From contig OY970323.1 of the NCBI GenBank assembly GCA_963716985.1, forward strand, positions 1,728,001 to 1,792,000: DNA of 64,000 nucleotides, in the 5' to 3' direction. The position numbers and the translations under genes are program-made. The notes beneath the pieces were generated by a model. The model saw only the letters and a list, made by a program, of their open reading frames with translations, did not search any database and was not told the origin of the DNA. The stretch is from an uncultured bacterium (GTDB lineage Bacteria; Chlamydiota; Chlamydiia; Chlamydiales; SM23-39). Positions 9,368 to 18,183 of this stretch are shown here, piece after piece (within the stretch, counting starts at the first letter, position 1; every line of letters begins with the position of its first letter).

Positions 9368-10618
9368 ATGGCGACACGAGGTGAATTAAAAAAAGCTTTA
9401 CAGGACTGGCAGCAGTGGCTGAACAAAAACAGCCATTTGATCGTCCCCAGAAGCTCCCTTCTTAGTCAACAAAAGGATCTCTGCCTAGCGCTTACTGGGG
9501 TGAGGCGTTCCGGAAAATCCTCCATGACAGTCCAGTTGGCGCTGGGACGATTGGAGGAGACCTTTTTTTTTAATTTTGAGGATCCGATTTTTTTCCCAGG
9601 GGCCAGCGTTGAAGTACTTGATCAACTTCTCTCACTCTATGAAGAAGAAACAGGAAAGATGCCCAAGCTAGTAATTTTGGATGAAATCCAAAATGTCCAG
9701 GGATGGGAGCGGTGGGCGCGAAAAGCAATCGACTTAGGGCATTACCAAATCGTTATAACCGGCTCTTCTTCTCATTTATTGAGTTCCGAGATTGCGACAG
9801 CTCTTTCCGGACGGGTTATCGAACAAACTATCTGGCCCCTTTCCCTTTCCGAATATTTAACATTTTTGGGTAAAACGCCATCTACGAAGGGAGCTTGGTT
9901 ACGCGCATTAGAAAATTATCTGCGTTGGGGAGGCTTTCCAAAAGTCATCTTAACACCGGACGAAAATGATCGGATCATTTTATTAAAACAGTACCTTAGT
10001 GATATTGTGCTACGAGATGTTGTTGCAAGACACTCCATTAAAAACCAACAAGCCTTGCATCAAATAGTTAGTTTCTATTTAACAGGTGTGAGTTGTTTAC
10101 ATTCCTACAATTCCCTACGAAAAGCTTTTGAAATTTCGATTGAACTAGCCTCAACATTGACAGGTTATTTAACACAAGCTTTCCTTGTCTTTGAAATGAG
10201 CCGTTACCATCCCAATCTCAAAGTACAAGCCCGCGACCCTAAAAAAATTTACGTGATTGACACGGGCCTGCGCACAGTATCCCTGCAATCCAATCGAGAG
10301 GATTGGGGCCGTTTGGCGGAAAACGCTGTCTACTTAGAATTAAGGCGCAGGGGCAAACAAGCGTTCTATTATAAACAAGTGCAAGAAGTCGACTTTGTAA
10401 TCACAGAATTGGGAAAACCTGTAGATGCGATACAAGTGTGCTACTCCGATCTTGAGGATCAAGAAACGCGTAACCGCGAGATCAATGCTCTGCTAGAATG
10501 TTTGCGGGCCTTAGAACTCCCCTCGGGAAAAATATTAACACTTTCTTTGGAAGATGTGCTCTTAAAGGAGGAGAAAGCGATTCATCTCATCCCGCTCTAT
10601 CAATGGCTGTCTAAATGA
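9368..10618 (+). CDS. AAA_14 ATPase with DUF4143 C-terminal domain
   Basis: GVRRSGKS Walker A, LDEIQ Walker B, TGSSS, GGFP, KIYVIDTGL, AEN, EVDFV. Confidence 0.9.
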   Translation: MATRGELKKALQDWQQWLNKNSHLIVPRSSLLSQQKDLCLALTGVRRSGKSSMTVQLALGRLEETFFFNFEDPIFFPGASVEVLDQLLSLYEEETGKMPKLVILDEIQNVQGWERWARKAIDLGHYQIVITGSSSHLLSSEIATALSGRVIEQTIWPLSLSEYLTFLGKTPSTKGAWLRALENYLRWGGFPKVILTPDENDRIILLKQYLSDIVLRDVVARHSIKNQQALHQIVSFYLTGVSCLHSYNSLRKAFEISIELASTLTGYLTQAFLVFEMSRYHPNLKVQARDPKKIYVIDTGLRTVSLQSNREDWGRLAENAVYLELRRRGKQAFYYKQVQEVDFVITELGKPVDAIQVCYSDLEDQETRNREINALLECLRALELPSGKILTLSLEDVLLKEEKAIHLIPLYQWLSK

Positions 10619-10646
10619 GAGGACCTTTCAGCCAGACATGTTCTGA

Positions 10647-10690
10647 TTTTGCGCCGGTTTCATCTGGTTTAGTGCGTAAAAACTGCGTAA
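10647..10690 (+). repeat. Inverted repeat arm L (contains TGCGTAA x2)
   Basis: 37/44 identical to the reverse complement of 12655-12698; weaker similarity continues toward the tmRNA fragment. Confidence 0.8.
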
Positions 10691-10745
10691 ATTGATGTCG
10701 ACTTAGCAGATTTTATCTATGAAATTCAAGTTTGAATTCCCCAGT

Positions 10746-10766
10746 GTTCGATTCTCTCCACCTCCA
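10746..10766 (+). repeat. tmRNA 3'-end fragment, copy 1 (att-like)
   Basis: GTTCGATTCTCTCCACCTCCA resembles the chlamydial ssrA T-loop/acceptor end as recalled. Confidence 0.75.
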
Positions 10767-10776
10767 AAAATACTAG

Positions 10777-10800
10777 GCCCGGGAAATACCCGGGTTTTTT
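10777..10800 (+). terminator. Intrinsic terminator
   Basis: GCCCGGG-AAATA-CCCGGGT followed by a T run. Confidence 0.8.
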
Positions 10801-10816
10801 ATTAGGAAAAGCTGCA

Positions 10817-11605
10817 ATGCCATTCTCACATTATGTTCCTCAATTTTACATAAGAAATTTTGGACTCAACGAAAAGCAAACCGCTAGATTTGATAAAAAA
10901 ACAGGTCAAAAAAAAGTAGTGCCTATTGAAAGCTTCTGCGGAGAGACTGACTACTTCGCATTCGATAAAGAAAGCCTAGACAATCTTCCCAAGCATCTCC
11001 AATGGATTCATCAAGACTCGATCGAAAATTTATTGGGCTCTGATATTGAAGGCCCTGTAAGCTCTATATTGAAAACTCTTATAGCTGAAAGAACGTTGCA
11101 AGCTATCTCAGAAAGCAATATCCGAATGCTTCTAGAATGGGGTGCATGGATGTTTATAGCCAACCCGCAATCCATAGCGCTAAGTTCAATTGAAACAATA
11201 ACGAATCACTACCTGGATATTGATCATACAAAACTCTCCAAAACAGAAAGACTGAAATTATTTATAGATCTTCATGAGCAGATAACTCCAATTTTCCAAA
11301 AACGAGGATGGATTCTCCAATTGATCGATCCAAATCATGGATATCTACTATCGAGTGATCGACCAGTCATGGTTGGAGGCAGGTCCCTGCAAGAGCTTCC
11401 ACAACTTTCAAATCAAACGATTATTTTCCCCCTATCTCCCCAATTAGTCCTCATAGGCAATAGCAATCCTATTTGGGGCTACGCCAGCAAACCCCTTGAA
11501 AGCACAAAAGAAGCTTCCCTCATGACAAATATTCTCACTCTAGCACAATCTTTTCGATTTATATTCGGGGCTGACATGAGTGACATAGACAATTTAGTGT
11601 CTTAA
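10817..11605 (+). CDS. DUF4238 domain protein
   Basis: N-terminal HYVPQFYIRNF, SSDRPV and FPLSP motifs. Confidence 0.75.
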   Translation: MPFSHYVPQFYIRNFGLNEKQTARFDKKTGQKKVVPIESFCGETDYFAFDKESLDNLPKHLQWIHQDSIENLLGSDIEGPVSSILKTLIAERTLQAISESNIRMLLEWGAWMFIANPQSIALSSIETITNHYLDIDHTKLSKTERLKLFIDLHEQITPIFQKRGWILQLIDPNHGYLLSSDRPVMVGGRSLQELPQLSNQTIIFPLSPQLVLIGNSNPIWGYASKPLESTKEASLMTNILTLAQSFRFIFGADMSDIDNLVS

Positions 11606-11625
11606 ACGACAAACCCAAGCTTTGA

Positions 11626-11654
11626 GAAATTTTAAATGCATTTATCCACCTCCA
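11626..11654 (+). repeat. tmRNA 3'-end fragment, copy 2 (degenerate)
   Basis: GAAATTTTAAATGCATTTATCCACCTCCA compared with GAAAGTTCTGAATGCATCTCTCCACCTCCA. Confidence 0.7.
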
Positions 11655-11755
11655 TTTCTCATTGACCTATGATTTTTCAAAAAGAGCTGGTAAACATTCT
11701 TCTGAACGTTGCCTAATTTTCTCTTTTTGAGTTATACAAAAATGTTAACGACAAC

Positions 11756-11828
11756 TATAATGTTTGTATTATCCCGCATGGAGACCCCATGCGAAAGCCA
11801 CGGGCTCCGGCCCGTGGTTTCTTTTTTC
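11756..11828 (+). promoter_or_regulatory. -10 box and structured leader ending in an intrinsic terminator, upstream of the NYN gene
   Basis: TATAAT 11756-61; hairpin CGCATGG/CCATGCG 11775-93; AAGCCACGGG/CCCGTGGTTT plus T run 11795-11828. Confidence 0.65.
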
Positions 11829-11841
11829 ACTTGGATCGAAT

Positions 11842-12498
11842 ATGCAACCAAAACGGGTCGTATCTTTCGTAGATGGTTTCAATCTCTATCACGCTATAGA
11901 TAATCTTCGACGTCCAGAACTGAAATGGGTCAATTTGACAACTCTTTCTCAAGTATTTCTCAAACCTATTTCTGAAAAACTTGTCAGAGTATTTTACTTT
12001 TCTGCTTATGCCGATCATATGCCCGAACCAGTTCAAAAACGACAAAAGGCTTATGTGCAAGCTTTATCACTACAAGGTGTTCAACCAATTCTTGGAAATT
12101 TCAAAAGGAAAGATAGAAAATGCCCTGAATGCCATCATAAATGGATTGGACATGAAGAAAAAGAAACAGATGTCAATATCGCTTTGTATCTTCTCGATCT
12201 CGCTTATCAAGATGCTTTTGATCGCGCGCTGATCATTTCCAATGATTCTGATCTTTCCCCAGCTATTAGAATGGTCAGAAAACGTTTTCCTGAAAAATGC
12301 ATTACCACGGTAGTTCCTCCTAATTGCTTACACAGTAACGAATTGATTAGAGCCTCTTCCGATAAGACAAAAATCCGCGTAGAACATCTTGAACGTTGTC
12401 TTTTGCCAGAAGTTGTAACTGATGCTTCTCGCTTGATTTCAATATCACGCCCGAAGGAGTATGCTCCAGCTGTTTTAGCTGTTTCTTCAAAACCATGA
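11842..12498 (+). CDS. NYN-domain (PIN-like) ribonuclease with CxxC insert
   Basis: FVDGFNLYH, EEKETDVNIA, ISNDSDLSP; CPEC. Confidence 0.9.
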   Translation: MQPKRVVSFVDGFNLYHAIDNLRRPELKWVNLTTLSQVFLKPISEKLVRVFYFSAYADHMPEPVQKRQKAYVQALSLQGVQPILGNFKRKDRKCPECHHKWIGHEEKETDVNIALYLLDLAYQDAFDRALIISNDSDLSPAIRMVRKRFPEKCITTVVPPNCLHSNELIRASSDKTKIRVEHLERCLLPEVVTDASRLISISRPKEYAPAVLAVSSKP

Positions 12499-12526
12499 TT
12501 ATTTTCATCGCCATTTGATCCCATCG

Positions 12527-12556
12527 GAAAGTTCTGAATGCATCTCTCCACCTCCA
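12527..12556 (+). repeat. tmRNA 3'-end fragment, copy 3
   Basis: AAAGTTCTGAATGCATCTCTCCACCTCCA identical to 14976-15004. Confidence 0.85.
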
Positions 12557-12565
12557 ATCCAAATT

Positions 12566-12600
12566 AAGGCTTCAGTTTCGCGACTGAAGCCTTTTGTTTT
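12566..12600 (+). terminator. Intrinsic terminator
   Basis: AAGGCTTCAGT-TTCGCG-ACTGAAGCCTT followed by a T-rich tail. Confidence 0.85.
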
Positions 12601-12654
12601 TAGTGACATACAACTAGAAATTCACACCTAAAAATTCAGCTGCGCAAAGCTCAA

Positions 12655-12698
12655 TTACGCAGTATTTACGCACTAGACTGGATGAAATCAGAGCAAAA
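12655..12698 (-). repeat. Inverted repeat arm R
   Basis: Reverse complement matches 10647-10690 at 37/44. Confidence 0.8.
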
Positions 12699-12711
12699 CG
12701 ACCACTTCTTT

Positions 12712-12843
12712 TCACTTTTTTCGCTGTGGAGAAAAGTACTTCATCAAGAACTCTGCATACCAATTTTCAAGCTCCTGTCGGATTTTTTCCATCACTTCAG
12801 GAATAAGAACAATTTCCTGTTCAGATATGAATCCAGTTATCAA
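12712..12843 (-). pseudogene. Orphan 43-aa C-terminal gene fragment cut by ISKra4
   Basis: Open frame LITGFISEQ...SPQRKK* runs from the IS end to a stop. Confidence 0.4.
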
Positions 12844-12845
12844 TT

Positions 12846-14537
12846 GAGTGTGTTCGATTTGACTTCAAAAACCGAATTTATGATGCATTGATGGTTCGAT
12901 ATAATCTTTGCCGCTCCATCTCGATATAATATTCAAAATATTTATCCCAATCCCCGTTCTGATTAACCGCACGTAAATTTAGAATCGCCTGTACTCCTTC
13001 ATGCGTCCACTTCATGCCAGACCGATCGGTTCTGTTTTTTACGAGACTGCCACAAGCGCCCTCAACAACACCTGTGCCGATCGGATATCCCTTTTTTAAG
13101 TACTCGTCATATTTCATCATGTGCTTGTGATTGCTTAAATATGTGATCACTTTTTGCAGCATCGACTTCTGGCTCTCTTTCAGACCACGCTTGTTTTTCT
13201 TAAGAATTTGTCTCATGGCCCCTACGACATACCCAACTTTTCCCTCTAAAATCGCAAGCAGCTTGTCAGCAACCCATTGCTGTCTTCTTTGATCTTTCTC
13301 CCCATATAAGGCGGTTCCGCTTTCCCACAAATACTCAGTAGCATGAAAAATATCTAAAATATAAGCGTCAACGCGATGCTTCCATTTTCTTTTTGCCATC
13401 TCTTCTTTAAAGCGATTCTCAAGTGCCGAGGCTCCATCGATCAACACGATCATTTTTTTATCCTGCGCGGGATTTCTGTGTAATATCTGATCGGCAAGTC
13501 TTTCAAAGGCTTTTTCTTTGCCATCCATCGCAGCATGAACTTCTTTGTTAATAGGCTCTCTTGGTTCCAATTTTCCTGCTTCCCGTCTTTCTTTCTTGTG
13601 ATCGGCATACTCCGCTTGTTCTCGATCTGTATGCCAATGCATAAGGCTTTTTTGCATCTCCTGGGGCGTACGAGATTCGGGGTGAAATGTAAAATGAGAA
13701 GTCACCACTGCATCTCTTCGTAGCCCTTTCCTTTTATCGCCCTTTTCTCTGCGTACTTTTTTCTGTTTTGGTTCTTTATTAGGAGATCTTTCTTCCGGAA
13801 CCATGGGAATGCCTTTGCAATCCATTGTCACTGCTATAACCGAACCTTCTGTATCTTCAAATTTTTTGATTCCTTTATAGAAGCTATGAACATAAGCTGC
13901 TGCTCTCATAACCATAGACTGGATTGCTTCTGGCCATAGACAGATTCCGAAAATTTTGTCGATTGTGGATAAAGCTTCACGATACGGCTGAGAAGCGATC
14001 AGCTTAAGGGTCATGTCTTGTAAAGCGTAAGAAAACTTTCCTTCCGGCAGATTCAGCTGATGATCCAAAGGACACAGTCCTTCTCCAGATCCTTTTTTCC
14101 AATAATAAGCGCGTTTGATCTTAACAGGGCCAAAAATTGACAAATACTCTCTTTCTGATTCCGCTTTAAATGGAAGTTGTGCTCCTTGGGTGTTATACGC
14201 ACAGTCATTTGGTGTGTCCTGGAGGGAATCTAAATGCTCCTGTAAGATCTTTTTACCCATTTCTAATATTGTTGCATAAATGGTGTTCTCGGTCTTATGC
14301 AAGGAATCCTCTCTGATTGTGCTCAAATGTTTTTTCAAAACGCACAACAAGTTACCAGAAGATCCAATTTTGGTCTCAATATGATGCAGTTCCAGGAAAA
14401 AATCTCCATAACATATGCAAGTTACGCAAATGTTATGCAAAATTTTAGCTTTAAAGTAAAATATTTTTTATAAGAAAGGAGAAATTTTCCCTATGATGGA
14501 TAACGGAATGGGGATAGAAGTCAAATCGAACACACTC
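12846..14537 (-). mobile_element. ISKra4-family insertion sequence
   Basis: Perfect 21-bp TIR GAGTGTGTTCGATTTGACTTC at both ends; no target duplication visible. Confidence 0.9.
12878..14440 (-). CDS. ISKra4-family transposase
   Basis: DCKG, LIDGA, LDIFHATEYLW, YL.KGYPIGTGVVEGAC, RSGMKW motifs. Confidence 0.9.
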   Translation of the reverse strand: MHNICVTCICYGDFFLELHHIETKIGSSGNLLCVLKKHLSTIREDSLHKTENTIYATILEMGKKILQEHLDSLQDTPNDCAYNTQGAQLPFKAESEREYLSIFGPVKIKRAYYWKKGSGEGLCPLDHQLNLPEGKFSYALQDMTLKLIASQPYREALSTIDKIFGICLWPEAIQSMVMRAAAYVHSFYKGIKKFEDTEGSVIAVTMDCKGIPMVPEERSPNKEPKQKKVRREKGDKRKGLRRDAVVTSHFTFHPESRTPQEMQKSLMHWHTDREQAEYADHKKERREAGKLEPREPINKEVHAAMDGKEKAFERLADQILHRNPAQDKKMIVLIDGASALENRFKEEMAKRKWKHRVDAYILDIFHATEYLWESGTALYGEKDQRRQQWVADKLLAILEGKVGYVVGAMRQILKKNKRGLKESQKSMLQKVITYLSNHKHMMKYDEYLKKGYPIGTGVVEGACGSLVKNRTDRSGMKWTHEGVQAILNLRAVNQNGDWDKYFEYYIEMERQRLYRTINAS

Positions 14538-14827
14538 AAAAGAAGAGTACGCAAATAAGGAACAATCAACGGACCGAGCGCAATATTTTCATGCGTCTCA
14601 ATAAAAATCGTTCGGTAGCCTTCACTTTTTGCCAAATGCTCAATTTCATTGAGTAGTACGGTTTTGCCCACTCCGCGGAGCCCCGTCAACAACATACTCT
14701 TTTCAGACCGCTTTTGCTTGATCCGACCTAAAAGAATTCGGGCTTGCTCAAGAGCAGGGCCCCTCCCGACCAGTTCAGGCGGTGGAGAGCCAGCTCCAGG
14801 TGAAAAAGGATTTTTGATTGGATCCAT
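14538..14827 (-). pseudogene. AAA_16-type ATPase, 3'-truncated by ISKra4
   Basis: NPFSPGAGSPPPELVGR and LTGLRGVGKT; the frame runs into the IS TIR. Confidence 0.85.
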
Positions 14828-14975
14828 GATGTCCTAGTTATATCAACTTATGCAAACTTATACCAGAAACCAGAAATAAGTAGGTATAAGAATGTATAGG
14901 TTTCTGCCAATGAAAGACTAAGATCCATGCGAAATTTTGAATAAATTGAATACTTTCATGATTTCAATCTGGTCA

Positions 14976-15004
14976 AAAGTTCTGAATGCATCTCTCCACC
15001 TCCA
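14976..15004 (+). repeat. tmRNA 3'-end fragment, copy 4
   Basis: 29-bp identity with copy 3. Confidence 0.85.
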
Positions 15005-15008
15005 TTTC

Positions 15009-15040
15009 GGCCGGGCTTACAAATTCGGCCTTTTTTCTTT
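15009..15040 (+). terminator. Intrinsic terminator
   Basis: GGCCGG...TCGGCC stem followed by a T run. Confidence 0.7.
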
Positions 15041-15260
15041 TTAATGACATTGTATTCAAAATATTTGAGAGACAACCCTTCCGATGGAAAGAAAAATTTC
15101 CTTTTCTATGATCCAAGAACAGGAAAAAAAAATCTTTATCAAAACTTTTTTCTAAAATCAACAAACCCGATTTTTTCAATGACAAGATCTTTGGCATCCA
15201 GGTAAGATAAATGCAAAAGCAAAGGATTACGAGTGATTCTAATGCTGACTCAGGAGATCT

Positions 15261-16844
15261 ATGGCCATAGACGACACGGGATTCAGTAGAATTCGGTCGT
15301 TTTTTTGGCCCATCCATCGGCACGAGCTTTTCAAATTTGTGCCTATGCTGGCTCTTTTTTTTCTCATTTCTATCAACTATCACTTGCTTCGTATATTCAA
15401 AGATCCCCTCATCGTTACAGCTCCTAATTCAGGGGCCGAAGTCATCCCCTTTCTGAAAGTCTGGGCCATGCTTCCCACCGCTATCATCATGACCTTTATT
15501 TTTACTAAGATGACAGGCCTGTTGAATCGTGAAAAATTATTTTACTGGGTCCTTGGCTTCTTTCTGGTCTTTTTCCTGTTTTTTACCATTTTCTTATATC
15601 CTTATCGAGAAGCTCTTTTCTGCGACAAATTCGCAGACTTTCTGCAAGGCATCCTTCCCGCCGGTTTTAAAGGATTGATTGCCATGATCCGCTATTGGAT
15701 GTTTTCCCTCTTCTATGTCATGGCAGAATCCTGGAGCAACATCATTCTTTCCGTGCTCCTTTGGGGCTTTGCCAATTCCGTCACTTCCCTCACCGAAGCT
15801 AAGCGTTTTTATGCTCTTTTCGGCATCGGAGTGAATGCATCCGGCATGATTGCGGGAGAATTCGGAGAATCCCTGGCAACTCATATGGAATCGGCCGCCA
15901 ATTTCCCAAGTTTTCTCTCCTTTCTTGGAGCAAAGACCTCCTGGGATCAAACCTTTTTTTTCTTCATGGGAATCGTCATTGTCTGCGGTCTTTTGAGCCT
16001 CTTTTTGTTCCGGTGGATCCATCATAAAATTTTTACGGATCTTAGACCCCTCTCTCCCAATTTCTCTGCCCCAAAAAAACCAAAAATGTCCTTTCGAGAA
16101 ACCTTGCGCTACGTTGCCAAGTCCAACTATTTGCTCTATGTCGCCATCATTGTTTTAGCCTATAACCTGGTCATTAATTTGACAGAAGTTGTCTGGAAGT
16201 CGCAAATGAAAGAACTCTATCCGGATCCGGGAAAATATACGGCAAATATGAGCAAAGTTACTTTCTACACAGGCCTTTTAGCAACTCTCGGCTCCTATTT
16301 TCTCACCGGAAACATCATTCGACGATTAGGGTGGCGATGGGCAGCCCTCGCAACTCCTGTCATCATGGGGCTTACGGGTATTGGATTTTTCCTCTTTCTT
16401 TTCCTGCGTCATTTTGATTTTGCCACCCAGCTGACCTACTCTCTTTTAGGGGCATCCCCTCTTCTGATTTGCGTCTTTTTCGGCTCGCTGCAAAACGTTT
16501 TGAGCAGATCTGCAAAATATACCGTTTTCGACAGCACAAAAGAGATGGCTTTTATCCCCTTGGCTCCGGATTCAAGGCTGAAGGGCAAATCCGCGATAGA
16601 CGGCATTGGTTCGCGCTTGGGCAAATCGGGAAGTTCACTGATCCTGCAAATTCTTCTCATGTTCTTTTCCACGCCCATTGCCTGCTCTCCCTTGATCTTC
16701 ATTTTAATGCTCGTCACCATCGGCGGATGGATCTTCTCGATCAGAATCCTGGATAGAAAGTTTCAAGATCTAACACAGCCCAAAAAAGAAGAAGAAGATT
16801 CGGCCCCAAAGGAGGACCTTTCTCTTTCAGAAGAGCGTTCTTAA
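15261..16844 (+). CDS. NTT/Tlc family nucleotide (ADP/ATP-type) transporter
   Basis: FWPIHRHELFKFVPM, GAEVIPFLKVW, LLWGFAN, EAKRFY, KYTVFDSTKEMAFIPL, KGKSAIDGIGSRLGKSG. Confidence 0.95.
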   Translation: MAIDDTGFSRIRSFFWPIHRHELFKFVPMLALFFLISINYHLLRIFKDPLIVTAPNSGAEVIPFLKVWAMLPTAIIMTFIFTKMTGLLNREKLFYWVLGFFLVFFLFFTIFLYPYREALFCDKFADFLQGILPAGFKGLIAMIRYWMFSLFYVMAESWSNIILSVLLWGFANSVTSLTEAKRFYALFGIGVNASGMIAGEFGESLATHMESAANFPSFLSFLGAKTSWDQTFFFFMGIVIVCGLLSLFLFRWIHHKIFTDLRPLSPNFSAPKKPKMSFRETLRYVAKSNYLLYVAIIVLAYNLVINLTEVVWKSQMKELYPDPGKYTANMSKVTFYTGLLATLGSYFLTGNIIRRLGWRWAALATPVIMGLTGIGFFLFLFLRHFDFATQLTYSLLGASPLLICVFFGSLQNVLSRSAKYTVFDSTKEMAFIPLAPDSRLKGKSAIDGIGSRLGKSGSSLILQILLMFFSTPIACSPLIFILMLVTIGGWIFSIRILDRKFQDLTQPKKEEEDSAPKEDLSLSEERS

Positions 16845-16868
16845 CTAGCGCAAAAACATTGAAATAAT

Positions 16869-18116
16869 ATGACACAGGCTGTTGGCTTTTTCAAAATATC
16901 TCCTCCCCTCTTTTCGATCAATTCCAAGGCCATCTCTTTTTTCACCGATGCAAAAATAAAAATCGTTGTTGCCAACATTCTGTTTCTGCTAGGGATTTTG
17001 GCCATCGGAATTGCTACAGGAGGCTTCGGCTTTCTTCCCCATATCCTTCCCCTATCAGAGGTCTCGGTAAAAATCCTATCCCTACTTGGCCTCTTGAGCC
17101 CAATCGTGGGAATTTACTTGTTTCAATCGCTAGATTCTAGCTTTTCCACTTGCGTAAATGAGCCGCCGATCGGAATTGAAAATGTCTCGAACAACTGCTG
17201 GGCCAACTCTCTTCTTCAGTTTTGTCAAGCGGTGCCCGTGCTGAAAAATTTCTGCAAAAGCCAATGGTTTTGGCAAACTCTTCACCCAATCGGATCCTTC
17301 CTCGCCGAGTACGAGTCCGATCAAAACCGAAAGTCAGCCGTTTCTGCGGCAAACAGCCAAGCGGTCCGCGCATGTTTGAGCGCTCAATCAGTCTCCTATA
17401 TCGCAGCAAATGGCACGCGGGAGCGCTCCATCAGCTCTGACATGCACGTGCAATGCGATGCTTCCGAAGCTTTGTCCATTATCCTAAATCAAATGTCCTG
17501 CCCGGTAAAAATGCAAACCATCCACCGGTGCAAAAATCACGAAAGAGAATGGGTTTCCTCCCCTCAAGAATATCAGGACATGCCTAAAATTGAGCTCCCT
17601 CTGGGCCGGTCGCGCTCCTTTGTTCGACTCTTCGAGTCTTTCTTAAAAAGCACTCCTCAAGAGCCGATTGAAGGGATGGAAGATCCCATCACAAAGAAAA
17701 GAGACGGCCACGTAGTTTCCGAGGAGCGGCTTTTTCAAAGCGCGCCGCCCGATCTTTTCGTGAGCTTGGGCCGTTTTGCCAATCAAAGAACAAGCTGGCT
17801 TGGAGCAAGCTGGCTTGGTCGGCTCTTTGGCGGGGCCGATGTGGAACTTCTGAAAGTCGATGATGCAATCGACATTCCCGACGTCATTCCTCTCAAAGAT
17901 GAGTTCGTTCACACCCACAAGGGAGCGAACTATCAGGTTGACGCCTTTATCCAGCATAGAGGTAGCAGCCTCGGCCAAGGCCACTATGTAGCCTATGTCA
18001 AATCTCCCGAAGGCGTCTGGTTTGAATGTAATGATGCCCTTGTTCGCCGCATCTCCCTCTCGACTGCCGAAAGAGAGAGAGCTCGTGCCTACCTTCTGCA
18101 TTTTCACAAAGTCTAA
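16869..18116 (+). CDS. Ubiquitin-specific protease (USP/C19)-like protein with N-terminal TM segments, paralog 1
   Basis: Cys box GIENVSNNCWANSLLQ, QCDASE, His box HRGSSLGQGHYVAY...WFECND. Confidence 0.85.
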   Translation: MTQAVGFFKISPPLFSINSKAISFFTDAKIKIVVANILFLLGILAIGIATGGFGFLPHILPLSEVSVKILSLLGLLSPIVGIYLFQSLDSSFSTCVNEPPIGIENVSNNCWANSLLQFCQAVPVLKNFCKSQWFWQTLHPIGSFLAEYESDQNRKSAVSAANSQAVRACLSAQSVSYIAANGTRERSISSDMHVQCDASEALSIILNQMSCPVKMQTIHRCKNHEREWVSSPQEYQDMPKIELPLGRSRSFVRLFESFLKSTPQEPIEGMEDPITKKRDGHVVSEERLFQSAPPDLFVSLGRFANQRTSWLGASWLGRLFGGADVELLKVDDAIDIPDVIPLKDEFVHTHKGANYQVDAFIQHRGSSLGQGHYVAYVKSPEGVWFECNDALVRRISLSTAERERARAYLLHFHKV

Positions 18117-18183
18117 ATAGAAGAGCTTTCCATCCATTTTTCAAAAAAATTTTATATACCATTAAAAAAAAATTATATATCTA

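Noticed and set aside
10620..10766. Intact tmRNA gene
   Set aside because: Only about 21 nt of the 3' end match; no GGGG 5' acceptor strand or tag frame is seen upstream
12207..12557. ORFs 12207..12557 and 14973..15383 sharing MEVERCIQNF
   Set aside because: Antisense translations of the tmRNA-derived repeat, not real proteins
10746..15004. CRISPR array interpretation of the TCTCTCCACCTCCA repeats
   Set aside because: Spacing is 0.9-2.4 kb with whole genes in between, and no cas genes are present
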